A program made the position numbers and the translations under genes. From the NCBI GenBank assembly GCA_017550315.1, contig JAFZPN010000038.1, positions 4,419 to 68,418 of the forward strand: DNA of 64,000 bases, read 5' to 3'. Shown in pieces: positions 53,562 through 63,350 of this stretch; position 1 is the stretch's first letter, and each line of letters starts with the position of its first letter. This DNA comes from Clostridia bacterium. Lineage in GTDB: Bacteria > Bacillota > Clostridia > Oscillospirales > CAG-272. The notes beneath the pieces were generated by a model that saw only the letters and a program-made list of their open reading frames with translations, was not told the origin of the DNA and made no database searches.

Positions 53562-56500
53562 TCACGCGTTTCCGAGCAGGCGGTACAGGAAGGTCACGAT
53601 CTGGCCTCTCGTGCAGACGTCATTCGGCGCGAAGAGGCTGTCCGAGACGCCCCTCGTCACACCGCGGGAGAGAGCCCAGACCACCGCATCGCGGTAATAC
53701 GCGCCGTCCGGCACATCGAGGAACGGATTCTCTCCGTCGGCCGCTTCGTCCATCAAGCGGCAGAGCAGGGTGACTGCCTGGCCGCGGGTGACGGATTCGC
53801 CGGGCGAGAAGTGCGCGGGATCCGTTCCGGTGGTGACCCCGTTCTGATAGGCCCAGAGGACCGCATCGGCGAAGTAGGCATCCCCGGGAACGTCGGCGAA
53901 GGGATTCGCCGCATCTGCGGGAGCGGGACAGCCGGCAGCGCGCCAGAGGAAGGTGATCATCTGCGCGCGGGTGCAGGAGCCGTCCGGCGCAAAGTGCGTC
54001 TCATCCACACCGGCGGTGATCCCGAGCTTCACAGCCCAGTCCACGGCGTCCGCATAGTACGCACCGGCAGGCACATCGACGAACACGGGTGTCTGCTCTG
54101 CGGCCGGCACATCCGGCGTCACGGGCGTATTGTCTGCCGCGGGAGCTGCGGGTGCGGCGTCCGTCTGCGGCTTGGATTCGGATTCCAGAGCGGCGCGGCG
54201 CAGGGCGAGCAGCTCGGACCCGATGGACGGGAAGGGTATCCACGGCCGGACGGAGGTGCCGGGCTTCTCCTCCTCTTCCGGTTTCTCCGGTTCGGCAGGG
54301 AGCAGATTGAATGTGTATTCCGCATCGACAAAGGATTCGTACCACTTCTCTTCCCAACTGTCGTAGTACGCCGGAATGTGGTACAACATCTCTATATCCT
54401 CACCGTTGATGGTGAAGAGTCCGGCGTATGTGTATTCGTCATCCGGATCGACGTAAAACGCGACGTCATCCGCACACAGAAATACTTTGAAACCGAAGGT
54501 CCATTCCAGATCGCCGTCCAGAGCGGTCTCTTCCGTGACGTCTTCGGCGAAATATTGGTAACGATATTCTTCGTCGTGGAGCAGGAATTCTCTCGGCTCA
54601 TACGGAACGCCGTCCGGCGCGCGCAGGAGGAGGAGATCCTCTCCGCGGTCGTCCTCATGGGGAATTTCGTAGGTCAATTCGATCTTGTCGATCAGACGGA
54701 TCCATTTTGCCGAGAGGATCATGTCCTCCTCCGCGAGGAGGTCGTCCCACGGCGTCCCGTTCTCATCTTCCCAATCGACGAACTGCCAGCGCCAGCATAC
54801 CGTATCGTCCTTGTATGTGCCGAGGTCGTCCGGCCTCATGCCCGACAGGCTGAGCGGCGTGCCCTTGTCCATCGTCACGGGATCGGGAGCAGGCGCATAG
54901 CCGTCCGTGTCAAACGAAACGGTGACCTGTTCCGGCGTGCCGATCGTGAATTTCCACGTGCCGCTGACGCGCATCTCGCCGTCCCGGTATTCCACCGTGC
55001 GGTTCCCGAAATCCTCCCCGTTGAGGGTAAAGCGGGAGTCGGCCGGACCGGAATGTCCGATCATGACAAGCGTCGCATCAAGGTAATAGACCTTGCCGCT
55101 CTCCAGGACATCGTCATCCGTCCGCCAGGCAAGGTCTTCGACGGTCAGCCACGGCAGGCCGAGCGCCTTCGCGGCATCCTCCGTCTCACCCGGGGCGGCA
55201 GCTGCGTCATCCCCTGCGGCAGGTTCCGTGATCGTGAGCGCGATGTCATCCGGCACCGGTGCGGGAGCCAGCAGCTTCAGCCGCGCGAGGATCACGTCGG
55301 GATGGTGGGAGAACACGAGCGTGCCGCTGTCGAGCGCGAGGTTGAGCACGGAGCTGATGATCGATTGAATGTCTTCGGGTATATCGTAGTCTTCCGCGTA
55401 CACTGCCAGATTCTGCGCGACGTATTCTTCCGCGTTCGGGAGGATATAATCTTCCTCTAAGGCGGGCGAGACATCCACGAGCAGAGGCGCGAGGAGATTC
55501 AAGAGCGCGTAGACCCCGGTTTTCTCGACGGAGGCCCCGATCTTCTCCGTCATCAGAGCGCAGACGCGTTCCGTGATGCCGTAATACTGTTCGGCGGATG
55601 CCGCGATCGCCGCATCCTTATCTTCGCCTGCGGGGAGGGTCTGGGCGTACGCATCCGCGCAGCACGCGAAGACCAGCCGGGAGAGGACGTCGATCAGTTT
55701 CTCCATCTCGCCGAGCAGCTCGGTGAGCTCCGTCTTCAGGGCGTCCATCGCCTCCGGTGAACCGAAAATCACATGGCACAGAGCTTCCAGCCCCTCCTGA
55801 TACGTGAAGGATCCGATTTCGGGCCGTTCGTTCGGCGCGGTATAGGCATCCCGCGTGGGAACGGTCGTGCCGAGGCTGTCCGTCAGGGATGTGAGATATT
55901 CCTTCACGCTCATCCCGTATTTATCGGCATAGTTCCGGTTGTAGTGCGGATCCGCCTGATCGTTTCCGAGATAGTATTCCGCGGCCGGCGCGTTCAGCTT
56001 CTCGAGCGATTCCATGACCTCGTCGAAGGAAAACCGCGTGTTGTAGATGAATTCCTCGCCGTAGCGGGTCATGCCCCAGAGAGGCAGCATCGTGACCGGG
56101 TCGTCGTCGGAGAGGTAGTTGTGGATGCCTGTGTACCGCGTATCGTGTGCGTCCGCGTTCTCCGTCGTGGCGGGGGCTTCCAGCGTATAGCCGAAGACCG
56201 TGGGATGGCTGTCCCGGTCGAGCAGATACGCCGCCGCAAGATTCGCGATCGCGCCGCCGCGGCTCTGTCCCGTGACGAGGAGGATATCCTCTTCTCCGAA
56301 TCCGAGCGCATCAAAATCGCTGAGGAAGGCTTTCGCGGCGGCGGAATACGAGGCGTGGTCGGGCGTCGTGTTGTCCGCGCTGTTCACCTTGACATTCTGC
56401 TGCCAGCCCTTGTCGCCGTAAAGATCGCCCTGGAACGAGACGACTGCTAGCTTTCTGTCGCCGAGCGTCTTCGTGCCGAGGATGTAGGCGCTGTCGTCCG

Positions 56501-56846
56501 CCGACGTGCTGTCATACCGTTTGCCTGCGGCGTCGAACCCGAGTGCGGTGAGCGTGTCGACGACATGGCTGCTGTCATCCGTCGAACCCGCGGCGAGCTG
56601 TGCGGCCCACAGCGCGAGGCTGTCGTTGCGCTCCGACGGATCGGCGTCGAACCATTCGTCGGTGTAATAGCAGCTGTCGGTGACGTATTCGTTCAAAACT
56701 TTGGAGAAGTATTCCAGCTTCGCCGTCTGATAATCGGCTTCGCTCTCCTCGGCGGCGAAAACCGCGGACGGCACCGCGCCGATGCAAAGGACAAGCGCAA
56801 GCAGGAAGGAAAGAAGCCGGATTCTTGTTTTCTTCGTGTTGGTCAT
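53562..56846 (-). CDS. Secreted, SLH-anchored lipase/esterase-like protein (1094 aa)
   Basis: Signal peptide RIRLLSFLLALVLCIGAVPSAVFAAE. Class-3-lipase-like elbow LLVTGQSRGGAIANLAAAYL (GxSxG). Three C-terminal SLH repeats: FVDVPAGAYYADAVDWAV..., FADVPGDAYFADAVLWAY... and FLDVPDGAYYRDAVVWAL.... Confidence 0.7.
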   Translation of the reverse strand: MTNTKKTRIRLLSFLLALVLCIGAVPSAVFAAEESEADYQTAKLEYFSKVLNEYVTDSCYYTDEWFDADPSERNDSLALWAAQLAAGSTDDSSHVVDTLTALGFDAAGKRYDSTSADDSAYILGTKTLGDRKLAVVSFQGDLYGDKGWQQNVKVNSADNTTPDHASYSAAAKAFLSDFDALGFGEEDILLVTGQSRGGAIANLAAAYLLDRDSHPTVFGYTLEAPATTENADAHDTRYTGIHNYLSDDDPVTMLPLWGMTRYGEEFIYNTRFSFDEVMESLEKLNAPAAEYYLGNDQADPHYNRNYADKYGMSVKEYLTSLTDSLGTTVPTRDAYTAPNERPEIGSFTYQEGLEALCHVIFGSPEAMDALKTELTELLGEMEKLIDVLSRLVFACCADAYAQTLPAGEDKDAAIAASAEQYYGITERVCALMTEKIGASVEKTGVYALLNLLAPLLVDVSPALEEDYILPNAEEYVAQNLAVYAEDYDIPEDIQSIISSVLNLALDSGTLVFSHHPDVILARLKLLAPAPVPDDIALTITEPAAGDDAAAAPGETEDAAKALGLPWLTVEDLAWRTDDDVLESGKVYYLDATLVMIGHSGPADSRFTLNGEDFGNRTVEYRDGEMRVSGTWKFTIGTPEQVTVSFDTDGYAPAPDPVTMDKGTPLSLSGMRPDDLGTYKDDTVCWRWQFVDWEDENGTPWDDLLAEEDMILSAKWIRLIDKIELTYEIPHEDDRGEDLLLLRAPDGVPYEPREFLLHDEEYRYQYFAEDVTEETALDGDLEWTFGFKVFLCADDVAFYVDPDDEYTYAGLFTINGEDIEMLYHIPAYYDSWEEKWYESFVDAEYTFNLLPAEPEKPEEEEKPGTSVRPWIPFPSIGSELLALRRAALESESKPQTDAAPAAPAADNTPVTPDVPAAEQTPVFVDVPAGAYYADAVDWAVKLGITAGVDETHFAPDGSCTRAQMITFLWRAAGCPAPADAANPFADVPGDAYFADAVLWAYQNGVTTGTDPAHFSPGESVTRGQAVTLLCRLMDEAADGENPFLDVPDGAYYRDAVVWALSRGVTRGVSDSLFAPNDVCTRGQIVTFLYRLLGNA

Positions 56847-56873
56847 TTTTTGGATCTCCTGTTCGGGATGGGT

Positions 56874-58025
56874 TTACGGGATGAGCGCCGCGGTCCAGCC
56901 ACTCGAGAAATTCTCTCTCCGGTACCACGTCGCCGTCAGATTGGTCTGGTCGTAGATCACGCTCCACTCCGTCCGCTCGTTCGGATCCGGATCGAAGTTC
57001 GATTCCCCGGCGGCGGTCAGCGCATCGCGCACTTCATAGATCGAGGCGGTCGGATGGGAGGCGAGGAAGGCCTCGAGGACCTTGAACCTCTGATGGGACT
57101 GCGCCGCGCCGATCCCGTACTTCTCGCCTTCCGTGACGTAGAAATTCGTGAGGACGGGCGTTTCGGTGACGCACATTTCCTGTCCGATGTATTCCACGGC
57201 GACCGCATGTCCTGACGCATCCGTTACGGCAAAGTGGATCATCATGTCGTAGGATCCGTGAAGGTCGTATTCGCCGAGCAGGGCAAGGGCTTCGTCCGTG
57301 GTGGCTGCCCGGTCGAGCAGGAGCCGCAGGGCGGTGGTCGTCGTGAGATCGGGCAGATCGGTCTTCTGGCCGATGCGGGCGGAATCGTTGATCATGTTGA
57401 CGGACACCGCGAGTCCCTTCTCGTTCATCCCGTCGAGCGGCGCGTAATAAGCTGCCGTGGGGATCGCTTCCATCGGCAGGCTCGATGCGCTTTCCTTGAT
57501 GAAATCGACGTTGACGGTCGAGAACGAGGCATAGCCGCCGTCCGGATGCGCTTCGAGGAGGAGCACCTCGCGGCAGCTCCAGTCGAAATTGCGGCCGAAG
57601 AACTGTCCGCCGTCCGGTGACGCGACGGAAACCGTGCTGCATCCGACGCCCGGGATCTCCAAGTTCAGGCCGGGCACGCAGAGCATGCCGCTGAGAAACG
57701 CGAGCACCTCCCGGTCCGAGGATGCGCCGCCCGCTTCGAGAAACGCGGAGAAGCCGCAGTCCCCGACCCGGGCGATGTAGACGTTCGACGCGATCTCCTC
57801 GATCCCGTCCTGCGGTGCGGTGACCGTCACGGCACAGAGATCCGTGTCCGTATCGTCCTCCGGCGCGGCGGGTTCGGTCTCTTCTTCTTCGGGTTGTGTT
57901 TCCGGTGTCTCCGGCGCTGCGGATGCCTGTGTTTCCGGGGCGGGAGCGGGGGACTCTTCTTTCTTCTGACAGGCCGGCAGCAGGAAGCAGAGAAGTGCGA
58001 GAAGCACGCAGATGATTCGTTTCAT
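56874..58025 (-). CDS. Lipoprotein Cys-Ntn linear-amide hydrolase (choloylglycine hydrolase/C59 family-like; 383 aa)
   Basis: LPAC lipobox, an acidic Pro/Glu/Thr linker and a ~60-aa pro-region. Then GVGCSTVSVASPDGGQFFGRNFDWS matches the nucleophile-Cys plus xGRNxDW signature of bile-salt hydrolase, penicillin V acylase and ceramidase-type Ntn hydrolases. Confidence 0.65.
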   Translation of the reverse strand: MKRIICVLLALLCFLLPACQKKEESPAPAPETQASAAPETPETQPEEEETEPAAPEDDTDTDLCAVTVTAPQDGIEEIASNVYIARVGDCGFSAFLEAGGASSDREVLAFLSGMLCVPGLNLEIPGVGCSTVSVASPDGGQFFGRNFDWSCREVLLLEAHPDGGYASFSTVNVDFIKESASSLPMEAIPTAAYYAPLDGMNEKGLAVSVNMINDSARIGQKTDLPDLTTTTALRLLLDRAATTDEALALLGEYDLHGSYDMMIHFAVTDASGHAVAVEYIGQEMCVTETPVLTNFYVTEGEKYGIGAAQSHQRFKVLEAFLASHPTASIYEVRDALTAAGESNFDPDPNERTEWSVIYDQTNLTATWYRRENFSSGWTAALIP

Positions 58026-58048
58026 AGTGTCAAGATCCTCCTGTCCGT

Positions 58049-59161
58049 TCATTCCGGCTGTTTCGCGCCGAACACGTCCCGGATCGCTTCGAGATAGCCG
58101 TAGCCCCAGACGTCGTCCGGTTCGAGATAACTCATTTCGGTCCATTCGTTCCACGAGTTGATCGTGATGAGCGGCACGCCGTTATAGGCGTCGCTGTATG
58201 CCTTCGCCATTTCGAGACCTTTCTTGAAATTCTCTGGCGTGTTGTTCTTCATGACCGGCAGCGTGAGGAAGTGATGCCGCGGGTTGTTGTCCCAGCCGAC
58301 GGTGACGTGGGGGTAGAAGGGAACGTCATATTCCGCATGAATGCGCTCCCATTCTTTCGCGACGTCCGGCAGGATCTCCAGATAATCGCGGTTGCAGTCC
58401 GTGAAGTGGACGAATTGATAATGCGTGACCGAATCGAAGCCGAGCAGCCGCACAAGATCCTTGGTCGAGCCGGTATGCGCGCTGTCCACGCCGCTGACGT
58501 TCACGGCTCCCTCGCCGTAGATCGTCGCCTGCAGATGCAGATCGGGGAATCCCGCCTCCCTGACGAGGGACCGGAAGGCTGAGAGTGCTTCCCGCGTCTT
58601 CTCGATCCCGCCGAGCCCGCGAACAAGGTTCGACATTTCATAGATCATGAACACCGGGCAGCCGCCGATCTTGTAGTAGTTCGGCCGCATGAAATAGAGA
58701 TCGATCACCCGGCGGCAGACGCGGTCGAATTCTTCCCGGTTCTGGGAGCCGAGCCAGATCGTCCCGTCCCGCCCGGACTGCCGTTTGTCCCAGGTGTAGC
58801 CCGCGTCGTGATTCGCCCACATGAGGTAGAACTTCATGTCCTCATTGTTCGGCGCGCCGAGGAAGCCTTCGTCGAGACACTGTTCGAGGAAGGGCCGCCG
58901 GTCGTACCAGTACCAGTCGTAGATGAAGACGTTCACGCCATGACGGAGAGCCTCTTTGATCTGGAATTCCATCACGGCCGGATCGGCCTCGTCGACGGTT
59001 CCCCAGAGCGGATGCCGGGGCAGGATCTGTCCCTCGAGGCGGCTTTCGGCGGTGAGGACGGACTGCCATTCGCCGATCCCCTGTTCCCAGAACTGATAGC
59101 TGCGCGGCTCGCGTCCCGTATAGGAAGGCCAGATGTAGGCTGCGATGTCATACTTTTTCAT
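58049..59161 (-). CDS. WbsX-like / GH99-like TIM-barrel protein (370 aa)
   Basis: IAAYIWPSY...FWEQGIGEWQSV...PRHPLWG...HGVNVFIYDWYWYDRRPFLEQ follows the pattern I recall for the Glyco_tran_WbsX domain (YLPQFH..ENDxWWGKGFTEW..., GfcfYhYWF.Gk..Le.P). No signal peptide. Confidence 0.5.
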   Translation of the reverse strand: MKKYDIAAYIWPSYTGREPRSYQFWEQGIGEWQSVLTAESRLEGQILPRHPLWGTVDEADPAVMEFQIKEALRHGVNVFIYDWYWYDRRPFLEQCLDEGFLGAPNNEDMKFYLMWANHDAGYTWDKRQSGRDGTIWLGSQNREEFDRVCRRVIDLYFMRPNYYKIGGCPVFMIYEMSNLVRGLGGIEKTREALSAFRSLVREAGFPDLHLQATIYGEGAVNVSGVDSAHTGSTKDLVRLLGFDSVTHYQFVHFTDCNRDYLEILPDVAKEWERIHAEYDVPFYPHVTVGWDNNPRHHFLTLPVMKNNTPENFKKGLEMAKAYSDAYNGVPLITINSWNEWTEMSYLEPDDVWGYGYLEAIRDVFGAKQPE

Positions 59162-59191
59162 AGGGTTGTCTCCTTTGCTGTCTTGGCTGAC

Positions 59192-60727
59192 TTATTTGAT
59201 TCCCTCGTACTTCTCAAGCAGCTTTTCGAGGGATTTCATCGTGACCTTTTCGTTCTTCGCCAGGGATGACGCGGCGTTTTCACAGTTTGTCGCGGAGGCA
59301 AGAAGACCGCGGATCTTGCCGATGGGGGAGTTCAGGCTTCCGCCGAAGATGTAGCCGATATCGAGATAGATCCCGTCCACGATAATGTCAAGCATCTGGG
59401 AGGTTTCGGAATCGCGGGAGTACTTTGCCTTGAGCGCCGTCTCAAAGTAGGCGGGCGTCACCGTGCGGAAGGATTCAGCGCTCATGGCTTCGAGGAACGC
59501 CGCGACCATGGCCGCATCCGGCTCCGTGACGGGGATGCTGAAGGAGGAGGATGCATCGTGGACATATTCGGCGTATTTTTCCTGCGCCGTGTCAAGCTTC
59601 GGCATCGGCAGGATCCCGAAGTCGGATTCCATATCGCGCAGCAGATCGATGCCCGAGAGCATCCACGTGACGAAAATCGTCTGGTCCGCCTTCATCGTAT
59701 CCATGATCTGGTCGTTGTTGTACGGCAGACGCAGGGTGTTCGTCCCCTCGAAGAGGAGCTTGTGCATTTTCTCCGTGAAAGTGATCATCCGGTCGCAGGT
59801 CGCGTTGAAGAACCACGTTCCGTCGTCAGCTTTCTTCAGGTATTCGACTCTGGCCGCTCCGTAGAAGGAATCTGCGCCGAGCGTGTCGGTGTTCGTGAAG
59901 TAGTGACCGAAGATATCGCCTTCATCCGGTGATCCGTTGCCGTTCGCGTCCTGATAGACCGGTTCGCAGAGGGAGGTCATCTTGTCGATGGTCCATTCCC
60001 CCTCGTTTACGATCTGATAGAGGTTGATCTCTCCGTTGTAAAAGGTGTCGAACAGGGTCCTGTTGAAGAACATCACGAACGCACCGGAGATCATCGTCTG
60101 CCCGATCTCGCCCATGACGGTGTAGTTGTGCCCGTTGAAATTGGTCTGCTCCAGAAAGGCATGGTTGTACCACGGCGCCGAGAAGTCCAGGTACGGCAGC
60201 TCTTCCATCGGCAGAAGGATGTTCTCCATCGTCAGGGACATCATCGAATACATGCCGTTGCCGAGCAGGTCATAGTCATTGGTCCCGGAGGCGACGGATT
60301 TCTGAATCTGGGTATTTGTGCCGCCGTGGATGTTGACTGCTGCGAGGATCAGATCCATCGCAATGTTCAGTCTCTCCTGCGCGGCGAGATTCCGGGCATA
60401 CACCGCGTCGTTGACCACTTCGCCGTTCAGTTCTTCCGCCTGAAATTCCATCAGGGTGTCACGGTCGCCGCCGCGGGTGAAGAAGTGCAGCGTCGCGCCG
60501 CCGAAGTCGAGATCATCCGGCAGCGAGTCCTTCACATTGGAGCGTCCGTTGCCCGCGGGTTCTTCGGGATCCTCCGCCAGGGCATCCGCCGTGGGAGCAT
60601 CCGCGGTCAGCGCGGGGGAAGCGGTCGGTTCGTCGGTTGCGCCGTTCCCGCCGGATGAGCAGGAGACGGTCCCCCAGAGCAGGAGCGCCGCAAGGAGCAG
60701 GGAGAGGATGCGCATTCTGTTTTTCAT
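59192..60727 (-). CDS. Extracellular solute-binding lipoprotein (511 aa), paralog 3 of 3
   Basis: MKNRMRILSLLLAALLLWGTVSCSSGG contains a VSC lipobox. It shares FSAPWYN and TPAYFETALKAKYSRD with the other two paralogs. SD GGAGG (7 nt). Confidence 0.7.
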   Translation of the reverse strand: MKNRMRILSLLLAALLLWGTVSCSSGGNGATDEPTASPALTADAPTADALAEDPEEPAGNGRSNVKDSLPDDLDFGGATLHFFTRGGDRDTLMEFQAEELNGEVVNDAVYARNLAAQERLNIAMDLILAAVNIHGGTNTQIQKSVASGTNDYDLLGNGMYSMMSLTMENILLPMEELPYLDFSAPWYNHAFLEQTNFNGHNYTVMGEIGQTMISGAFVMFFNRTLFDTFYNGEINLYQIVNEGEWTIDKMTSLCEPVYQDANGNGSPDEGDIFGHYFTNTDTLGADSFYGAARVEYLKKADDGTWFFNATCDRMITFTEKMHKLLFEGTNTLRLPYNNDQIMDTMKADQTIFVTWMLSGIDLLRDMESDFGILPMPKLDTAQEKYAEYVHDASSSFSIPVTEPDAAMVAAFLEAMSAESFRTVTPAYFETALKAKYSRDSETSQMLDIIVDGIYLDIGYIFGGSLNSPIGKIRGLLASATNCENAASSLAKNEKVTMKSLEKLLEKYEGIK

Positions 60728-60764
60728 GTTTCTGCCTCCGTATATTTTTCTTTTCGGATTGCGT

Positions 60765-63350
60765 TTATCGGAGCCACGTGAGCGGGCCGATCAGCCCGGA
60801 CGCGGGGATCGCCATATAGGCGGAGAATCCGTCGCGCACGGCGTTGGCAAGCGTATTCGAGACCTCGATCACGAGCGCGTTTTCTCCGTCTCGGAGCGCG
60901 TCCGTGAGATCGTACCGGTACGGCGGGCAGACGCGGACACCGAGATCCCGTCCGTTGAGCCACAGGTGCGACGTCTGGCCGACCTCTCCGAGATCGAGGG
61001 CGAGGGATTCCCGCTTGCCTGTGAACGAAGCGGTGTAGCGGATCCGCCCGGAGAAGCCGGGATCCCCCTCCGCCGAGGTGATGTTGAAGAGCCCGGACGC
61101 GGGGACAGCCTCGGCGACGGTCGTGAAATCGCCCAGCGCGGTGTACGGCGCCTGCTCAATGCGGAAGGTGAGTTCCGCGGGAGCCGCCGGAGCCCATGTC
61201 TTCTTATCCGGGAGCGCGGGGCATGTCCCATCTTTCCCGAATACGGCGATCACGGATTGATACGGCGCGAGGTCCAGTGCAAGTCCGCCGTCCGCGATTT
61301 TTACGCGCGCGCAGTCGTCGTTCAGGAGATCGAGCAGGACGCCCTCCCTCACGCCGTCGAGGTTCGTGAGCCGGACGGTCGTCTTCACCGGATCCGCCGT
61401 GGATTCGTTGACGAACATGTAGATCTCCGACGAGCCGGCACTCACGTGGGAGCAGCGCAGCATCGGGTACCCGCCGTCGACCGTGAGATCCCGCGCGAGG
61501 AACCCGTCGAGGATCGCGAGCAGTTCCTCCGGTGCGGTGTCCGGCTGCATGCGGATCACGGGGATCCCCGCCTCTCCGAGCAACTCGAGCGCATCGGTCA
61601 GCGGCTTCGGCAGTTCTTTTGCCGCCGGGACGATGAGGCACTGATACAACGCCTGCCCGACACGGAGCCGTCCGTTCTCCGCGCGCGCGGGATGGACACG
61701 GCTTCCGCTCGCCCCTCCGGTGAAGCAGTCGGCGGGGAGAATGTCGAAATCGATGTGCGCGTCGTAAAGCGTCTTCGCCGGGACCTGTGTGAGCATCGCG
61801 TCGCCGTCCTTGTTCATCCATTCGGCGTCGGCGTGATAGAGGATCGCGCAGTCCACACGGGGGATGCCGCCCGAGAGCAAATGCGCCGCGCGGTTGCCGT
61901 AGGTCATGAGCTTCGAGAAGGCCTCAAACTGCGGATCGGATCCGTTCGCGCCGAAGTGGGGCGGGCAATCGGGATCCGGGAAAGCCGGGGAGAACGCATG
62001 CGGTACGAAGTGATTCACGCCGCGCACGAGCAGGTAGTCGAGCAGCCATTTCATCGCCGGTCCGCCCTCCGCCCAGCCGTATGCGCCGAAGACCTCGCAC
62101 ATCGCGCGGCCCTCCGTCTGCGTCCCGATGCGCGCGAAGGAGGAAGCCAGCTTGGCGAGCACATAGTCGAAGAACGCAGGATCGGCATTGTTCCCGAAGG
62201 TGGATGCGGAGTGGATGTAATCGCTCATGCCGGGCATGATCTGATGCAGGACGATGTCGATGCCGCTCATGTGCTGTCCGTCGAGGGAGCGGAAATAGTG
62301 ACCCGCGCTGCATCCGGTCCGCGCATGGGCGTTCATGTCCTCGATGATGTGGCCGATATACTGCACACCGTGCGCCTCGCACCAGTCGCCGAGCTGCCGG
62401 GTGAAGCAGTCGCGGTAGAGTTTCGTCACCGCGTCCATGTAGGCGTGCCGGACCGCGCCTGTCGCCTCTCCCATACCGAACCAGAGGGCGGGGAGGTACG
62501 GGAGCGGATCAAAGCCGAGGGCTTCGTGCATCATCGCGGGGATGCGGTCGTTCCACGGGAGGGCGAGTCCGGGCATCCCGACGCGGCGGTCATACATGCC
62601 CCGGTCGACGGCGTGCGAACCGAACCACGTGTTCCCGAGGGACGGCTCGTCCGAGAAGAACCCGGCGATGGTCGTGCCGAAGTATTTCGCATAATGTGCG
62701 TAATGGCTCTCGTAGACCGCGTCGATGAGGACCCGCACGGATTCTTCCGAGAGCATGTCGATGTAATCGGGATGGCTCGTCCCGCGGCGGGTCTTGTAGA
62801 GGAAGAAGACGCGCCAGCACCCCGCGGGGATCGTAAAGCGCAGGAAATCGCCGCAGACCCCGTCGGTCAGCCGGATCCAGTCGGGCGCGCAGTCCTCGAG
62901 GATCTCGCTTTTCGCGGACGGGACGCGGCGGCAGGCGTAGACGTCGAGGAGGATGTGCTCGTCGCTTGTCTTGTCCGTCATGAGCAGGGCGTCCGTGAGC
63001 GGGCCCATCACGTCGACGTGACGCTCGGCGAGCTGCCAGTTGCGCAGTTCGGGGTGATCCTTGATCCGGCCTGCGGCGTGACCCGTCGGGAAGTGGTCGT
63101 CGTCGAGGATCCAGACCTTCATGCCGCGCTTTTCCGCTTCCGCGAGGATGATGTCCATATCGCGCCACCAGCCTTCGCCGACGAAATCGCGGTGCGGTCT
63201 CGATTCGACGCAGAACGCCCGCGCGCCGCTCTGCCGGATCCGCTCGACCTCTTCCGGGATCGAAGCGGTGTGATCCCCGTGCTGCCAGTAAAAGGGAAGC
63301 ATATAGTTGTCTTCTTTGCCGCGCAGAACATCGTCCAGTCGCTGATACAT
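60765..63350 (-). CDS. Putative TIM-barrel glycoside hydrolase with C-terminal galactose-binding-like domain (861 aa); paralog of 19576-21516
   Basis: MLPFYWQHGDH...KVWILDDDHFPTGHA, FSDEPSL and WCEAHGVQYIGHIIED. The C-terminal LDLGEVGQTSHLWLNGRDLGVRVCPPYRYDLTDALRDGENALVIEVSN is the classic GH2-N/sugar-binding jelly-roll motif. No signal peptide. SD AGGAGG (6 nt). Confidence 0.55.
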   Translation of the reverse strand: MYQRLDDVLRGKEDNYMLPFYWQHGDHTASIPEEVERIRQSGARAFCVESRPHRDFVGEGWWRDMDIILAEAEKRGMKVWILDDDHFPTGHAAGRIKDHPELRNWQLAERHVDVMGPLTDALLMTDKTSDEHILLDVYACRRVPSAKSEILEDCAPDWIRLTDGVCGDFLRFTIPAGCWRVFFLYKTRRGTSHPDYIDMLSEESVRVLIDAVYESHYAHYAKYFGTTIAGFFSDEPSLGNTWFGSHAVDRGMYDRRVGMPGLALPWNDRIPAMMHEALGFDPLPYLPALWFGMGEATGAVRHAYMDAVTKLYRDCFTRQLGDWCEAHGVQYIGHIIEDMNAHARTGCSAGHYFRSLDGQHMSGIDIVLHQIMPGMSDYIHSASTFGNNADPAFFDYVLAKLASSFARIGTQTEGRAMCEVFGAYGWAEGGPAMKWLLDYLLVRGVNHFVPHAFSPAFPDPDCPPHFGANGSDPQFEAFSKLMTYGNRAAHLLSGGIPRVDCAILYHADAEWMNKDGDAMLTQVPAKTLYDAHIDFDILPADCFTGGASGSRVHPARAENGRLRVGQALYQCLIVPAAKELPKPLTDALELLGEAGIPVIRMQPDTAPEELLAILDGFLARDLTVDGGYPMLRCSHVSAGSSEIYMFVNESTADPVKTTVRLTNLDGVREGVLLDLLNDDCARVKIADGGLALDLAPYQSVIAVFGKDGTCPALPDKKTWAPAAPAELTFRIEQAPYTALGDFTTVAEAVPASGLFNITSAEGDPGFSGRIRYTASFTGKRESLALDLGEVGQTSHLWLNGRDLGVRVCPPYRYDLTDALRDGENALVIEVSNTLANAVRDGFSAYMAIPASGLIGPLTWLR

